DNA of 59,151 bases, filler included, from Dugesia japonica (lineage: Eukaryota), in assembly GCA_001938525.1 (NCBI GenBank). It is 5 parts of 5 records of this genome, joined end to end, with 100 filler letters (N's around TTAATTAATTAA, not from the genome) between each part and the next. Parts side by side here need not be neighbours in the genome. Positions count along the whole stretch, not along the records: positions 39,583 to 59,151 come from MQRL01640086.1; 4 more parts are not named here. One strand, written 5' to 3'. Below, piece after piece: positions 39,660 through 53,645 of the stretch. Position 1 is the stretch's first letter. Each line of letters begins with the position of its first letter. The translations under genes were made by a program, and so were the position numbers. The notes under the pieces were generated by a model. It had not been told where the DNA came from, searched no databases, and saw only the letters and a list, made by a program, of their open reading frames with translations.

Positions 39660-41089
39660 CTATGATTGAGTAGAAAACCATTTTGACTACAGAGATTATT
39701 TAAAAACGAATATAAATCATTTGACAGTATTTCGAGTTGTATGTTTATCTATTTTCATTATTAAAAATTACAAAACAATAAACAATTTAACGAAAAAAAT
39801 ACACTACACAATTTTATGTTAAAAATATTAAATGTAATTATAAATTGAGACTAACACTTTATTAAAAAATTCAATTCATTTGTAAATACTTTTTTTGTTT
39901 CATCAACAAACGGAAATAATTTAAATATTTTGTAAATTATAATTTTCAATTTCAATACTTANNNNNNNNNNNNNNNNNNNNNNNNNNNNNNNNNNNNNNN
40001 NNNNNNNNNNNNNNNNNNNNNNNNNNNNNNNNNNNNNNNNNNNNNNNNNNNNNNNNNNNNNNNNNNNNNNNNNNNNNNNNNNNNNNNNNNNNNNNNNNNN
40101 NNNNNNNNNNNNNNNNNNNNNNNNNNNNNNNNNNNNNNNNNNNNNNNNNNNNNNNNNNNNNNNNNNNNNNNNNNNNNNNNNNNNNNNNNNNTTGGAATTA
40201 TTAAATAAATGAAAATATAAAAATGTATGTTAATAACTCTGTAATTATTTAAAATGGTTGCAAACAAATAAAAAAAATACAATGAATAAATTAATTAAAT
40301 GAATTAATAAATAAATAAAATTTAAAGATCACAAAAATGAATAATTAATAAAAACATAAAACATTAATAAAAATTATAAAATCATACGTACTACAGAAGA
40401 TATGCATGCAAGCATAAAATAGCCACAGGGTACATGATACATGCATATAAAAGCAAGTCACATCCATTCAGCAATATTCTACAATAATTAACACCTAATA
40501 TTCGAGTTCACAATGAATAATTTCTGAAATCAAATGCTAATGATTTATTCTATGAAAAGTTTCTGTAATACTATTGTAATTTAATCAAATTTCATTTTTA
40601 TTTTCATTTAATTAATAAATAAATTAAATTGCTAATTTTTATTATTATTACTTTTTTAATTTTGTAAATAGTTCTTATTTTAATCTGATAAATACAAAAA
40701 ATAAAAGATTTATTATAATTTTTTTCAATTTTTTTTAGTGTAAATGCGTTTTTAATAAAGTTGTTTCATTGGTATGTGAATTTCATAGAACGTTGTTATC
40801 ATTATTTTTATTATTATTAATGATTGCTATTTTTATAATACTATAGTATGGATAGGTACACACTGGACCATTTGCAAAATTTATTCTATTATATAATTAT
40901 TGCACACATAATTAGCATTTAAATTTACATTATCACCTTTATGTAACTCGACATTACACAAAACTACACATATTGCTACTTTACTTAATATATTTAGTAT
41001 TTTCATTATCATTATAATTATATGATGATGATTTGTGTGAAGAATATTCGAAGACTTTGAAAAATGTTGATGGTTTTCAGGCTCGCTTA

Positions 41090-42042
41090 CGTTTGGCATT
41101 TGAGAAAGAGAAAGATGTTATCAAAGACTTTCAAAATTTGATTAACTACTATGCGGAAATGAATAGATTAAAGCTTATTTTAAACATGTAAAAAATTTAG
41201 TGAAGATTATTTACAAATAAAGATTTTACAGTAGATAAAATGATAGCAAAGATGTTAGTTTATTGTTCAGATAAAAAAAAATTAACGAAGAGGTTAATTT
41301 GCAGAAACGGCAGAAAATAGAAGAAATTGAAAAAGCAATGACCTTAGTAGATCGAGTAGAGAAACCCAGAGATCAATTCGATGAAGTTAGAAGTTATGCA
41401 ATAGTTAAAAATTGAAATTTTCAAAAACCTGTAAATCATACAGTGAGTAGACATGTGGATCAAAGAAACGAAAAACGAAATATCGAATATTGGTTATGTC
41501 ATAATGTCGGTCATACTAAAAGATATTGTCCGTCAAAAAGTGGTAGAGTGTTGACTTGTAAGACGTATAAGTCAAGATTGTCCAATTAAAAACCAATAAA
41601 ATCCTTTAGCTGTAAAGAAGCTTGCCATATTATTAGGTTATTGCATTATAATGGACGGTTATTTCAAGAAGTGAGGTCTGAAAGATGTGGAAATAGTAGA
41701 CAAGACAGAAAAGTGCTACACAAAATTTAAAATGAAAAGAACAAATGAGAAATTTATGACTTCTGAAAGACCAAGAAACCAATATAATTGAGTACATGCG
41801 ATTGTATATGAAGATGTCAATACAAATGATGAATACGATGAAGTGTATGAAAGTGATTCCTAGAAGCAGTACCTAAACGGCAGGGCTCCACCAGTAGAGA
41901 AGTTGGCTGGAGTCATCTACTCATAAATAAAGTGAGTGAATACCCTGAATGGATAGAAAAGTGGGATAATATCGGGAAAGTTACAGAGAAAGTATACTCG
42001 TACTTAAAGAGAGAAAATTTTGCGGATGATAAAAAAGTAGAA
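41090..42042 (+). mobile_element. Gypsy gag remnant
   Basis: Decayed CCHC knuckle YWLCHNVGHTKRYC at ~41488; resembles the gag of the 21-kb element; interrupted by the next element. Confidence 0.65.
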
Positions 42043-44215
42043 TGTTAGGTAAATCTTCAATTGTTAATTCATTTTGTAAATCAGAATTCATATTGTTAGA
42101 CATTTTTTATTTTACTACTACAAACTATATTTCATAAGAAAAATGATTATTGAATAGTATTTTAAAAATCTTTTTCCAGAATAAACTCAATTTCTATTGG
42201 CTCAAAATTATTAAATAATAATTATTTCCTCATATCTCCATTCTTAAGAAACTTTTTAAGTCTTCCACATTTCTTTCTAATCGCTGTCCATTTTCTCCTT
42301 GTACCGCATACCGTCTTTCATGAATTTTCTCAATTATTTGATANNNNNNNNNNNNNNNNNNNNNNNNNNNNNNNNNNNNNNNNNNNNNNNNNNNNNNNNN
42401 NNNNCCCACTTTGAATTCTCTTTTAGTAATCACGTCTGAAGTGTTTTCTTTAGCTCTTTCTGAAACGTCTGACTCATATTACTTTTCTCTACTAATTTTC
42501 TTTCCAAAAAAAATCTCAGCTGGGCTCTTTCCAGTCATCTTCTGTTTGGTTGCGTTCATTGTAAATTCTATTTCCGGTAAAAGAGCTGCCCAATCTGTTG
42601 ACTTTCTTTTCTGAAGTGTTGCATTAATCAAATATCGAATTGTCCTGAACTGTCTTTCAATTTGTCCGTTTGCATTATGATGATAGGGACTCGAAAAGCA
42701 AAGTTTAATATTTAGCTTCTGTGCAAACTATCTCATAACTCTGGATTCAAACACTTTTCCACAATCTAAATTTATTTCTCTTAAACATTAAAAATCTCAA
42801 TATCTCCTTTTCAAAAATAGCTTTTCGTATTGCTTCCTTGACTTGTCTAGGCAATGGTATAAGAACCATATATTTACCGTACTGGTCGATTATTAAAAGA
42901 ATGTATTTTTTCCGTCCACTTGTTTCCCGCATTGGCCCACATATATCTGTGAATATCACTTCAAATAAATTGGTAGCTTCTAAACTCTTTGTTTTCTCTT
43001 TAGTTGCTGTCGTCACTACTTTGATCTTCTGACAAATTTTACAACTTCGAACTATCTTCTGTATTTGGCTGCACAAATTCTTTGCAATATATTTTTTTCT
43101 CATATATTGGTACAAATTTTCAACTCCTGTATGAATTAATAATTTATGTATTTCTTCTATTATTTCATGTAATTTGTCATCCGGAGTTTTCTTTTTCTTG
43201 ATCAAATCTGTTTCCTCAGAAATGTTTAAATGATCTTCTTTTTCTTTTTCAATTATATTCATTATACTCGTTTTAATCTTCCCTTTCTTGGCATCTTCAT
43301 GTGACATTTAACATTGTACAGATACCTCACATCTTGGTCTAGATAACATATCTGCATTACTGTGTTGAATTCCTTTTCTATATTCCAAATCCATGTCTAA
43401 ACTGCTCAGATAATGTCTGAAATTGTGACGCAATTGGTCATGAAAGTTAGAGCTTTATAATCTGTTTTAAGAGTTAATCGTCTACCATACAAATAATGTT
43501 TTAAATGTATACAGAAATAATAAACAGCCAATAACTCCTTTTGTATAATGCAGTAGCCCTTTTCATGACTTATCATTGAGTGTGGCCCATAGGCTTCAAC
43601 TCTTTCTCTTCCTTCTATATCTCTCTGTGACAATACTGCTCCAATCGTATCAAAATTGGCATCTGTATCTAATATACATTCTTTGTTTATGTCCGGAAAA
43701 CACAATATTGGTGCAGTCATTAAAGATCTTTCAGACCCTTAAAAGTATCGTTTATTTCATCTGCCCATTCTAATTTTTTGTTACTTGGTTCACTACACAA
43801 CTGCTTTAATATCTTTGATTTTATTTGGTTTTCTATAAACTTCCTGTATAAACTTCCTGATAAACTTCGTAACTTCTTCACACAATTAAGTTTGTCAAAC
43901 TTTCTTATAGCTTCTATTTTAGACGGATCAGTTCTAACACCATCCCTGNTAATTATGTGTTCAAGAAACTTGATTTCACTTTGAAGAAACTGGCACTTTT
44001 CTGGATTAATTCTTAGACCAGCCTTCATTATTTCCATCAATACTCTTTCAATTACTTCATATTGTTGATCTTTATTGTTCGTAAATATTATAATGTCATC
44101 AAGATAAACCATGGCTCCATTAATTCCGCAAACCACTTTTGTCACCATCTCTTGAAATGTCCCTGGTGCTGCTGCGATGCCAAATGGCATTCTATTAAAA
44201 CAATATTGTTCGTGT
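42043..44215 (-). mobile_element. Gypsy pol (RT-RNase H-integrase) with 3' LTR 42043-42232
   Basis: RMPFG, VYLDDII, LDTDAN, ELLAV, H..H/C..C integrase finger, DICGP; purine tract just before a TG...CA LTR. Confidence 0.9.
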
Positions 44216-44429
44216 TCCGTTTTTTCTTGAATTTTTTTTCGAGCTCTACCTGATAGTATGCATTTCCCAAATCTATATGCATTTCCCAAAACATAAGAAA
44301 ACAACTATCAAAATGTAAACAGTGTAATGCGCATAAATATATTAACGAAAGAATTAAAGTCCCATTGTAGAATATAACCGAAAAAGAACCATTTCAAAGT
44401 ATTGTAATAGATATTACAGGGCCATTTTG

Positions 44430-47400
44430 CTAAGCGTATTCGTATCGAGAGCAGTGTTTTAACTGGCAAGAAAGAGGAAATCATAGTAAAAGCATTTATT
44501 AATGGCTCGGGACATAGAAAATTGGCAAATGCACTAAATATATTCGAATCAAAACCATCGGAAGAGGCTATAGAAACTATAAAAGATGAAAAAATTACAG
44601 ATGACTACGAAACGAATGAAAATGTATTATGTAATATGCGCCAAGAGAATGAAACTATAAAGAATTTGAAAATTGAAATAGAAAAGCTAAAGAATAAAAT
44701 TGCCGAAATAAAGAGACACAATGACGAATCTCGTGCACCAAATGTGTAACTGTGGGTAGACAAAAAACAAAAACATGCATTACATGTGATAAAAAGGCCA
44801 TATAGATAGAGATTGCAATATCAAAAAATGTTTCAGTGGTTGAGGTGACCATCTTAAAAGAAACTGCAAACAAACAAGTAATCTAAGATCCCATTATAAA
44901 GAAGAAGAGCAAACAGAATCCGTAATCAATGAGGAATCAAAAGAAAAAGATTACAGCGATAAAGTGATAACGATAAGTGAAAATAAACCATCTTGGAACA
45001 CTCAAAAATCTACTGAATTAATTAAAACGTTTAAACCGTCACTTGAAGATAAGTATATCTATTGTATAGAAGGAAATGGAGCACGACCAAGACAAACACT
45101 TAAAAAATATGAACTAACACTAATATCAGTGTCAAGGCCAGAAAAGCAAAATATAAACCAATTTTTGAATGTCAGGTTGCAGGGATACAAGTAAAAACTA
45201 TGTTTGACACGGGTGCTGATTTGAATGTTATAAGCCAGGAATTAGCCGAGCGTATCTGTAAAAAAGAACACTGCTGTAAGAATTTTTAAATCTATGACAA
45301 AAGTAACATGCGCAAATAGTACAACAGAAGAATGTTTAGGGAAGATACAATTAAATATGTCAATTAGACCTGTAATGACTGCACATGTGTTTGATATTGT
45401 GCCAAACATATTTCTACATCTATATATTGGATTAAGAAGCATGAAAAAATTCGAAATAATGGTGGATGCAGCAAATGATGGAATAATAATACAAAATGTT
45501 AAGATTCCATTTATTTCAAAAACAGTTCTACCTGAGTCAATAAAAACTAACACCGACCGTGTTAATGAGTTGTAATACGGAATTTGGAAAAGCAGAGACT
45601 CATGAGATTTATGATAATCAATGTTATAGAATTGCGGTATCTGAAAACGTAGATGTAAGTGGAATTGGTGAATATTTTATCAGAGGCATGATAATGAACC
45701 ACTCAGGTCAGAAAATTACTTATGACACGAGTAAGGAATTGATTTTCACTGGAGATAGAGAGTAAATGGCCGTGCGGAAACTTTTAGTAACAGATGGAAT
45801 TACAATCAATAATAATAGATACATTTGGGTAAGAATGTATATGTTAGAAGGCGGATATAAAACTCTACACACTGGAACTACACTCGGATATGTAGAAGAG
45901 TTTAATCACAATGAAAAAGTGTTTAAAAAAGTATCACTTAGACAATTGTTCTCTGAAAAAAAATATACTGCAGAAAATTATAAATGATATAGAAGTTGTA
46001 AACAATTACTACGATATAGTCAAAACATTAGTAATCCTTAAAATGCATTTAGTCGATATAAGATGGATGTGGGTAAAACTGATATGATTGAGCATAAAAT
46101 ATAAACAACCGATAGCAGACCAATTGCTTTCAAGCCATGAAGAATACCAAAAAGACTCGAAAAAAAGTAGAACATATGGTAAAAGATTTGATAGGCGCCG
46201 GTGTTGTAAAGCCGAGTACTTCTTCGTGGAAGTTTCCAATTGTAGTTGTGAAAAAGAAAAACGGTGATAACCGTATGTGTGTTGATTACAAGGGCACTGA
46301 ATGCTAAAACAAACCGACCAATATTTCCAATACCATCATCAGAGGAAATATTTGACAGTATTGCTGAAGCTAACTATTTCTCAATTCTAGACCTTGCAGG
46401 TGGATATCACCAAGTTCCGATAGCTAAAGAATATCAGGGAAAAACAGTATTCAGCACAGAGTTTGGACAATAAACATTTACCAGAATGCCGTTTTGGTTA
46501 TGATCAGCACTAGCCATATTTCAGTGGCTTATGAATATTGTATTGCAAAATGAAAATTGAAAAAATTCGTAATATATTTAGACGATGTTTTAATATTCGT
46601 AAAAATGTAAAAGAGCATAATGAAAGACTACATCAAATATTAAGAAGAATAAGAGAAGCTGAACTTAAATTAAGACCAAATAAATGTAAATTTTTACAAA
46701 AAAAAGACATTATCTCGGACATATAATAACTAAAAATGAAATCGCAACAGATCCTAATAAGATAATGGCAATGGCAAAATGGGAGATTCCGCAATGTTGA
46801 AAAGAACTTCAAACATTTATAGGGTTTTGTAATTATTATAGGCGATTCATAAAGAATTATGCAAATTTTATCAGAACCTCTCAGTTCGATGCTAAAGAAA
46901 GAAAACAAATTTCAGTGGACAGATGAAAAAAAAGAATATTTTTACAAGCTACGTAAAAGGTTGACAGAACCACCAGTGCTAGCTTTGCCAACAAAGGATG
47001 GAAAATATATCTTGGATACAGGTGCTTCTCACAACGCAATTGGTGCTGTACTTTCTCAAGTACAAGATGGCAAGGAACGAGTATTATACTATGCATCGAA
47101 TACACTAACAAAAATTCAGAAACAGTACTGCATCACAAGAAAAAAGCTTCTGGCAATATATTTTTTTGTACTCAAGTTTAAGCACTATTTAATGGGATCA
47201 CAATTTGTGGTACGAATAGATCATCAAGGGTTAAAATGGGTGCTTAATTGGGATAGCCCAAATACGTCACAATACTGCATATGAAAAGCTGAACTGGAAA
47301 TCTTTGATATAATTTTAGAATTTAGAAAAGGTCGTGAACATATTAATGCTGATGCACTTCCACGATTACCAGATTGCGAGGAGTGTTTAATAAAACATGA

Positions 47401-49028
47401 AGATCCTAAAAGAAAATTAACGTTAAAATATACAAAACAACAGAGAAGGTGAGGAACAAAGTATACACTCAAAAGAATTTATAAATAAAATATACCGAGA
47501 AGATGAATTGGAACAAAGAAAAGATTTAAATATACAAATAATATTACAGGCTCTAGAAAGACACGAGAGAACACTTCGTGGCGTAGAGGTAAATAAGGAA
47601 ATACAATCGTATTGGGAAAAAAGAAAGAACTGCAAATACGAGGTGAGATGCTATATTTAGAAAATGATGAGAAATATCTTCTTATTGTGTCCAGACATAA
47701 AAGAGACGATGTCATTTGGAATTATCATAAATTATTGGGTCATCCAGGAGTAGTGAAAACAACATGAGTTATCGAAAATGAGTATTATTGGCCGTGTATG
47801 GATAAAACATAAGAAAACAACTATCAAAATGTAAACAGTGTAATGCGCATAAATATATTAACGAAATAATTAAAGTACCATTGTAGAATATAACCGAAAA
47901 AGAACCATTTCAAAGTATTGTAATTGATATCACAGGGCCATTTTAACCAACTCAATATGGTTAAAAAATATTCTCTTGGAGTGATGTATTATCTTTCAAA
48001 GTTTATATGTTTAATTCCATTACGAACAATAACAAGTAAACATATATGTGAAGCTCTTTGGATACATAGATATCCAAGTTTGAAATACCTAGTCGAATTC
48101 ACTTGGAATGTGGAAGTAATTTTAGTTCAGGTGCATTGTATAAATATTGCAAGCAATTAGGAATTGTGAAAACATTTTGATCTCCATATTATCCTCAAGG
48201 AAACGGATTAGTAGAAAAATTATTTAGTACCGCGAAATCAAGTCTGGAGTACGATGCTACCAATAATAGAATATGGATTACGAACAACAACACAAAAAAC
48301 GACTAAGTACACTCCGTATGAAATAATATTGTGGAGGAAACCTAGAATGTTGAACGCTGGAAGGAGGGAAACGAACATCACAAAGAATTCTGATCAATAT
48401 GTAGAACAATTAAAAAGAAATATTATGAATATTCACGGCCATGTAAGAAAAAATATTGAAGAACATAATGAAGTTACAGCAGCTAAATAATGACAAATAT
48501 TGGTAGAGAGATGAAAATAAAATTGATGATAAAGTTCTTATAAAAACCAATGCACATGAAGGTTTTAAAAGGCGATATATTGGACCATTTAAAGTAATCA
48601 AGAAAATTAATGAATGGTATTACACATTGTTTGATGAAAATAGAAACACTTTAATTCAACCAAATCAAAAGAATACCAAAAGATGAACTTTCCTACAAGT
48701 CCTGGAGCACATATATACCAGTAAGAAGCAAACAGAAAACAGCTTTACCAGTACAACCTGACCGACAAATTGAGAGCGACATCAGAAGACGTTATCCAGA
48801 AAGAATGACAAAGAATCAGAATCCTCAAAATCGATAAAGCAAAGGGAGGAATGTGATATATTTAAATTATGATAATATTTNNNNNNNNNNNNNNNNNNNN
48901 NNNNNNNNNNNNNNNATTAAATATTCAAAATATTAAAATGAATTTGATTTGTTTTAATATTGCTATTTTATGAAATATAATTTAACTTGTTAAATATCTA
49001 ATTATTTAATATCTACATTTATATAACA
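44430..49028 (+). mobile_element. Second-family Gypsy element: partial gag, protease, RT, RNase H, integrase, 3' LTR ~48852-49028
   Basis: FDTGA at ~45202; RMCVDY; FSILDL..GYHQ; YLDD at ~46574; DTGASHNAIGAVL; GHPG; GPF; PPT AAAGGGAGGAA before TGTG; many stops. Confidence 0.9.
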
Positions 49029-50869
49029 AAAATACTTATGATAGTCAAGCTAATTTGATATCGTTGAGCTCAGAATAAAACACGAAGCATATTCCATATA
49101 GGGTTTCCTGTGTAAAATTGTATTACATTTTTTATTGAATTAAGCATTAATTTCAATTAGAAATATACTGGTTTTATGCAAATCTTAATAAGTGTACTCT
49201 TATGTATGTACTAATATCATAACTATAAAGTACTTTCTTATAAATATAACCAGAGTTTTCATAAAATTTATCATCATACATTAAATTTATTTAATATTTA
49301 TACTACCCAAGTCAATTAAGCCATATAAAACTAAATACAATCTATAAACGAATTGTTGAAAATTATAAGTAAAGTATGCCTCGGGCATTAAGATTTTATT
49401 CATATTAATCATAAAAACATAGAAATGAAGGAAATATTTCTATAAATTACTAAAAGTGCTTGCTTTTAATTTTTAAAGGAAAGAAGAAATGGAGAAAGCA
49501 GAGGTACAAGCAGAGAGGTAGATGAGTTGTAAGCAAAGGTGCAATCAGAAATGCAGGCAGATAGTGTTGATGAAGATTAAATGATAATGTAATTTTAAAA
49601 GTGTTGATTTATACAGAATTTCTTGGAAGTGTTAGAATATTATACAGAAGTTCAGAGAAGTGTTCTAAAATTATCCAAAGTTTCCGAGTAGTCATGGAAG
49701 TTAATCTAAACTTTCATACAAGTCATGGAAATCTATCTAAAATTTGCAAGTAGTGTGTGAAAATTATTCAAAATTTCACAGAATTCATGAATTTGTATCC
49801 GATGATAAAATATTTCATACTCTATTTAACTATGTTCAAAGATTTCCATTGTAATCATGCAGTTGTCTTTCTTTAGATTAAAAAAAGTTGTTATATATAT
49901 TTTTTTGATGGGTACAAGCCATTGATTCTTGATAATGGAGTACTTGAAACCTGAATGTCATATAGTCATATTTCAAAAAAAGCATACTATTAATTTTAAA
50001 TAATTCTTAATTAAAATTAAGTATTGAGGGTAGCCTTATTTAATGTTTTATGCCTAATTAAACTATTTTGATTTAATTTATTTTGTTTATTTATTTTATT
50101 TTAGACTATTTTATTTGTGCAGAGGAATTTTGCTGAACCCGGCAGCGTCTCTTGGATCAGTGTTGGGACAGCCGGGGGGTATGCTGTGTTAGATAATTTA
50201 TTTTTCAATTACACCAAATAAAAATATAAAAATATTTAACAACAAGATTAAAAAAAGTTTATCACATTTTATTAACAAAAAAACTTTTTAATTTACTGTT
50301 TTTTTCTTTGGACAAGGGACAACTGAATTTAGGTTTGCTTCTACTAAAAAAGTTTCTTTAGTATTCAAAAGTTCTTCTTTAAGATCTTTATTTTGCAAAG
50401 AAAATACTTTATTGCGTTGTTTAAAAATCAACTCACGATTACTAATCCATACATCGTCGTTGTCAAGTTATTTCGATGGGATAATTTTCTTTTTAAGTTT
50501 TCTTTTAATTGGTGGTTGTCAAATATTTCCACAGTTTTTAATTTATCTCTTTCAGTCGTTTTTGATTTTTAAAGTTAATTTCAATTTGTTTTCTGGCTGT
50601 TACCAAGAAATCTTTATAATTTTTTATTTCAATGGAGGTTCCAATTGTTCTATTTTTTATTTCATTAAGTGGTTGTCAAGAATATGTTTTTTTAATTTCA
50701 AAATTTCAAATTTAATTTATTTGTGTCAATTTGTGTGTAGTCGAAATATATTGCAGTCACATATAAGCAAATTGTAACCAACTTTGTTTAAATTCCCATC
50801 ATCTCTTGTACATTGAGACATTAGTTTGAAATTTTTCTATTCTAACTTTTATTTGAATAACTTGATTTT

Positions 50870-51360
50870 ATAAAATTTTTTTAAGTTTTCAAAAGGTTTA
50901 TTAAAAATATATATTAAATATATTATATATATAAATATATATAAATAAATATATTATATATAAATTAAAATATATATAAATAAATATATTAAATATAGAC
51001 CTTTGATTAAAACACACTAATTTCATTAAGATTTGTTAAATTTTTAATTATTGTCTTAATAATTTTTCTAAAGTTATTTAAAATTAAATAAATTAATAAT
51101 TAAATAATTAAATTAATTAATAATTAAATTAAATTAATTAATAAAAAAATTAATAAATAATTAAATTAATTAATAATTAATTAATAATTAAATTAATTAA
51201 ACAAGTCCATAAGCAATGTCATTAAAATATATAGACCCGTGATTAAAAAAAACCGATTTTATTAAGATTNNNNNNNNNNNNNNNNNNNNNNNNNNNNNNN
51301 NGTTTAAATTTTTATTAATTTTCTTAATAATATTTCTTAAGTTATTTAAAATTAAATAAT
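50870..51360. repeat. Extreme AT low-complexity region with a ~100-bp direct repeat (50993 and 51230)
   Basis: ATATAGACC..GATTAAAA...AAGTTATTTAAAATTAAATAA occurs twice. Confidence 0.7.
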
Positions 51361-51799
51361 TGTACTAACATCACTTTAATTTCATCCATTTCTCTAAAGT
51401 GTATTCAATATAATAGGGTTAAAAGATTGATAGCGCTAACGATTATCGTACAATAGTAGAAAACAATGTGTTAAACAGACAAATTTATTAAGATTTATTA
51501 AATTTTCATTAATTTCCTTTATTTCTGTAAGTTTTATTATTTTCAGAGTTTAGCAAGGGATACTTAAAGCCAATAAATACAGTAAACAAGTTGATAGAGT
51601 AAGCAAATGGGTACAGAAAACCGATCTGATACAGTAAAACCCATGTGTTACAGAATATAATAGTTAGAAACGGTCAAAACATATACACATCAAATTTTTA
51701 AAAAAATAGTAAAACAACAATATTGTTATAATTAACAATAAAACAACAATATTAAATATAGTAAGATAAAATTAAACAATTCTTTTTACGAAACTTTAT

Positions 51800-52640
51800 T
51801 ATTTGTCAAAATTATTTACCACAAAAAAAATATTTGCTTGAAAGATATCCCTTTACTCTTCATCATTGTTTGTTCATCTGTATGAAGTGAATATGACTTT
51901 TGGCGAAGAAATATCCATTCTTTAAAGCCAGACCTTTATTTTCAACCTTAAACTTTCCAATGGCTGCTGTTAATTGTGTGAATAAAAAGGATCTTCTTTC
52001 TAAAAATTAAAACTGTCTAAAGGTTCGTCTTTAATCATTGCTGGAAGAAGCTGTTGTCTATGATTAACATTCTTGCATTCGAGAAAGAAACTGTCTATGT
52101 CTCCAGCGACAATGTTAATTTCACAATTAAATCTTTTTCTGTATGACTCCAATTCCTCATATTGTAACTTGTACATTCTGAAGTTCGATAGATCAAAAAC
52201 CACTTGTCCGATATATGATGGTCTATCCAATGTTACAATATTCTTTTATAATAAAACTGCAACAAAATCATCGACAATTTTGATTGAATCTTTGAATTGT
52301 GGCTTACTGGCATATGTAATACGTTTCCTCTCGTTGTTGCACAATCTCAAATTCATACTTTTTAATAGATTTTCAACAGTCTTTCCATACAGACTGTTGT
52401 TCTTGCGTTTGAAAAAATCTTTCTCAGAAGCGTTTGTTGATTGTGCCTGTTTTTCTGAATTAAAGTCGATTTTTGACTTTAAAACAGAGCCTTGATCAAA
52501 AGCTATAGCCCAAGGAACTTTATCTTCTTTTGCACCCAGTTCCATAAACAATTAAAGCAGCCTATAATGTATAACATAATGCTGCTTTGCTTCATTTGAA
52601 AAATGTAATTTTTTAACTTTACTTCATAGTGGGCATTGAT
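51800..52640 (-). mobile_element. Polinton protein-primed DNA polymerase B, C-terminal remnant
   Basis: EKDFFKRKNNSLYGKTVEN (motif B); RPSYIGQVVFDLS; AGDIDSFF (motif C, xDTDS); IGKFKVE. Confidence 0.88.
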
Positions 52641-52870
52641 TGATTGTTTTTTCTTTTATGGCTTCTTAGTACCAGTCTTTACTCGTTTCTTAAAACAAAT
52701 ATTTAATGGTTTCCTAGTTAATATATTCTTTTTTGACGTCTTTATTGGTTTGATATCATGAACATTTGAAATATTAGATTGAATCTTGTTTTGTTCAATA
52801 TTCATATCTTTCATTTGATCAACCCCAACTTTAGTAAATTCGTCATTTCTAAATAAAATAAACCTTACTT

Positions 52871-53340
52871 TTATTGTGTACATAGTGTTACGCTTTTTGA
52901 ATTGAAAATATCAGTTCGCACTATAAGATCTTCTGGACATTGTTGTGTGAAGTCTAGAAAAATATATCCATGAGGTTTTACTATTGCATCTTTGAGTGCA
53001 TCCATAAGAAATTGAATATTTTCCGGATACGCCTGTCTCGTTAAAAAATTAACAACTGTTTGATCTCGAGGATTTTTAAATATAACCAGTTCTTGAAAAT
53101 TTAAATTTTGTGTTCTGTGATCACCCCCTATGTGAAATATATTTTGAGTAATAAATATCACAGTTACATTACAATGTCTTGATATCTTGGTGAATAAATC
53201 GTTAAAGTCTTTTTCCTTGTTCCCTTCCTGATACAGATCGTCAATTATAATCAAATTACATTTGCTCAATCTCTTGCTCTATTTTTCATCAAATTCATTT
53301 AAAATTTTCATTTTAATATTGCTGAGTTCAGATTTAGTTA
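52871..53340 (-). mobile_element. Polinton A32/FtsK-like packaging ATPase, C-terminal part
   Basis: Walker B LIIIDD; LFTKISRH; VIFITQN; VIFKNPRD; PHGYIFLD. Walker A not seen. Confidence 0.9.
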
Positions 53341-53621
53341 GTCCTGCTCTTCATCTGCTCCTCTTTGTCAGTATATGTTGTTGAATTTTGATTTGAATAA
53401 ATTTTATTTCAATATGTTTAATCATTGACAATTTTTAACAATGCTGTTCTTATTCAGCATAAAATGCTCTATGTCATAGATAATGTTTTGCTCAAATTTG
53501 AGTTTCTTCTTTTTAAAATATCAACTGTTTCTCGGTGGATACATAAATTATTCTGTGAGCAACTTATGATACGTACTTGTTTTGATTTATTTCATTGATA
53601 ATAAAGATTGAAAACTTTTAC

Positions 53622-53645
53622 CTAGTGCGCTACTATCTACCTACT
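53622..53645 (-). mobile_element. Putative Polinton terminus (5'-AGTAGGTAGATAGTAGCGCACTAG on - strand)
   Basis: Exact reverse complement of 57450-57473; 5'-AG start with AGT-like repeats, next to the ATPase. Confidence 0.55.

Noticed and set aside
17132-53340. One giant Polinton joining the MCP with the ATPase and pPolB
   Set aside because: The parts lie on different scaffolds separated by artificial spacers.
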